From an uncultured delta proteobacterium (GTDB lineage: Bacteria > Myxococcota > UBA727 > VGSZ01), in contig CAVZJB010000013.1 in assembly GCA_963775425.1 (NCBI GenBank), positions 160,001 through 224,000 of the forward strand: a stretch of 64,000 nucleotides of DNA, given 5' to 3'. The position numbers and the translations under genes are program-made. This document shows positions 62,490-64,000 of the stretch, one piece after another; the first letter of the stretch is position 1, and each line of letters starts with the position of its first letter. The notes under the pieces were generated by a model that was not told the origin of the DNA, did no database searches, and was given only the letters and a program-made list of their open reading frames with translations.

Positions 62490-63871
62490 TGCCCCGCGGA
62501 GCGGTCGCGATCGGCGTCGCGGGCGCGCTGTGCGGCGCCCTCGGCTGCGCCGACGGTGTGTTCTTCGCGTGCGCCGGCGACGACGACTGCGGCGCCGGCC
62601 TCGTGTGCGTCGGCGGCACCTGCGCGCGCGCCCCCGCCGGCGGCGACGGGGGCACCGGCGACGACCAGGGCACCGCGGACGCCGGCCCCGACGACGCCGG
62701 TGACGGGCTCGACGCGGGCGACGGCCCCGACGCGGGCACCGGCGCCGACGCGGACCCCGACGACGCCGGTGACGGGCTCGACGCGGGCGACGGCCCCGAC
62801 GCGGGCACCGGCGCCGACGCGGGCACCGGCGACGCGGGCACCGGCGGCTGCCCCGCGGGGCTCGCGCCGCGCGAGCTCTTCCCCGACGCGGACGAGGACG
62901 GCTTCACCGGGCCGCCGGTGGTCGCCTGCGCCGGCGAACAGCCGCCTGCGGGCACGTCCTTCGCCGCGCGGCCGGCGCCGGTGTTCCTGGTGGCGCCGCA
63001 GCAGCGCGACGCGCAGGGCTGGGACAAGCTCGACAACCTCGACGTCGTCGACGGGCTCTTTTCCAAGGCCAGCTCCGCAGACAGCGGCAACACGCGCATC
63101 CTCACTCTCGCCGGCTTCACGTGCCTGAGCGCGCCGGACGAGGCCGGCGCCGTCGCCATGGTGCTCACCGGCGGCAGCGACGACGGCTCCCCGCGGGACG
63201 CCGACGTGGTCGTGTCCCTCTCGGCGGCGGGGCGGCAGTCCGCGGAGGAGCGCGCGTTCGCCACGTGGCCGCAGCGCAGCGACCCGTTCATCGACGTCAC
63301 CGTGGGCGGCGACGCGTTCGGCCTCGCGCTCTCCCCCGCGGACGTGTGCGCGCCCGACTTCGGGATCAACGTGCACTTCGAGACCCCGGACAACAACAAG
63401 CGCACCTTCCGCGTCGACGCCGTCGCGCTCGAGGTCTTCGGCGCCCCCGACTGCGACGACGGCGACCCGGCCGTGTTCTCCCCCGCGTCGGTGTTCCTCG
63501 ACGCCGACGGCGACGGCCACGGCGACCTCGCGCAACCGGCGTCGCTGTGCCTGGCGGACGGTGCGCTGCCCGAGGGCTTCGCCCCGAGCGGCGACGACTG
63601 CGACGACGTCGACCCGAAGGTCTTCACCGGCCAGACCGGCTTCTTCGGCGGCGAGACCGCGGGCGGCGGCTACGACTACAATTGCGACGGCAGCGAGGAG
63701 CCGAACGCCATCACCAGCGTCACCGCGTGCACCACGCCCGACGGCGGGCTCACCTGCAGCCGCAGCACGGTCACCCTCGCTCCAACCGCCTGCGGCAGCC
63801 CGATCACGGTCGGCTCCTGCAACGCCTCGTGCACGCTGACGACGTCGCAGGGCACGCAACTGTGCCGCTGA
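62489..63871 (+). CDS. Paralogous Cys-rich surface lipoprotein with DAG-rich linker
   Basis: TGATG overlap; lipobox ALGC; duplicated PDDAGDGLDAGDGPDAGTGADA; same domain order and Q.CR terminus as upstream gene. Confidence 0.85.
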   Translation: MPRGAVAIGVAGALCGALGCADGVFFACAGDDDCGAGLVCVGGTCARAPAGGDGGTGDDQGTADAGPDDAGDGLDAGDGPDAGTGADADPDDAGDGLDAGDGPDAGTGADAGTGDAGTGGCPAGLAPRELFPDADEDGFTGPPVVACAGEQPPAGTSFAARPAPVFLVAPQQRDAQGWDKLDNLDVVDGLFSKASSADSGNTRILTLAGFTCLSAPDEAGAVAMVLTGGSDDGSPRDADVVVSLSAAGRQSAEERAFATWPQRSDPFIDVTVGGDAFGLALSPADVCAPDFGINVHFETPDNNKRTFRVDAVALEVFGAPDCDDGDPAVFSPASVFLDADGDGHGDLAQPASLCLADGALPEGFAPSGDDCDDVDPKVFTGQTGFFGGETAGGGYDYNCDGSEEPNAITSVTACTTPDGGLTCSRSTVTLAPTACGSPITVGSCNASCTLTTSQGTQLCR

Positions 63872-63879
63872 CGGCGCGC

Positions 63880-64000
63880 TTGTGCTGCCCTGATCACCGC
63901 GGTGTTGCTACCCTCCTCCTCGTGCTCCTCTTCCTCGCGCTCTCGTGCCTCGCCGCGGCTGCCCTCGGCAGCGTCGCCATCTACCAGCGCGGCGCCCACC
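63880..64000 (+). CDS. Partial membrane-anchored protein (possible pilin-like N-terminus)
   Basis: Reading ...HRGVATLLLVLLFLALSCLAAAALGSVAIYQRGAH runs off window; start (TTG) uncertain. Confidence 0.35.
   Translation, partial: MCCPDHRGVATLLLVLLFLALSCLAAAALGSVAIYQRGAH

Overview
A 64 kb, very GC-rich (about 70-75% by eye), gene-dense chromosomal segment, most likely from a Myxococcota-type deltaproteobacterium. The evidence for this is a RomR polarity regulator, Ser/Thr kinases, PilZ-TPR and CheW-like proteins, and many Cys-rich lipoproteins. About 55 genes can be supported. I found no rRNA, tRNA, transposase, phage, CRISPR or recognisable defence system. Housekeeping and accessory genes include ogt, recQ, AlaX, a beta-CASP nuclease, livHMGF, a GT2, TetR, two stand-alone E2-type acyltransferase domains and a Cu-monooxygenase. 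There are also many exported hydrolases (M16 pair, two zincins, M20, ceramidase-like). The most notable observations are: (1) a bacterial protein matching motif by motif the eukaryotic actin maturation protease ACTMAP/C19orf54, with an effector-like N-terminal leader and an overlapping partner gene; (2) four dispersed lipoproteins carrying poly(Gly-Glu) tracts, one inserted inside a liv ABC operon that has no adjacent binding protein; (3) a modular GTAG-type REP array of about 500 bp; (4) pervasive apparent leaderless genes, with a TANNNT box 5-7 nt before the start codon; (5) a NusA-NTD-like domain fused to an unknown domain; (6) a kinase-cyclase joined by a roughly 200-aa Ser/Ala/Pro repeat; (7) a frameshifted Omp85-family gene at a C6 run; (8) an orphan HpnG-like protein with a lipoprotein signal. 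All family assignments are from motif recognition by eye; no searches were run. Several starts were re-assigned from the ORF track.
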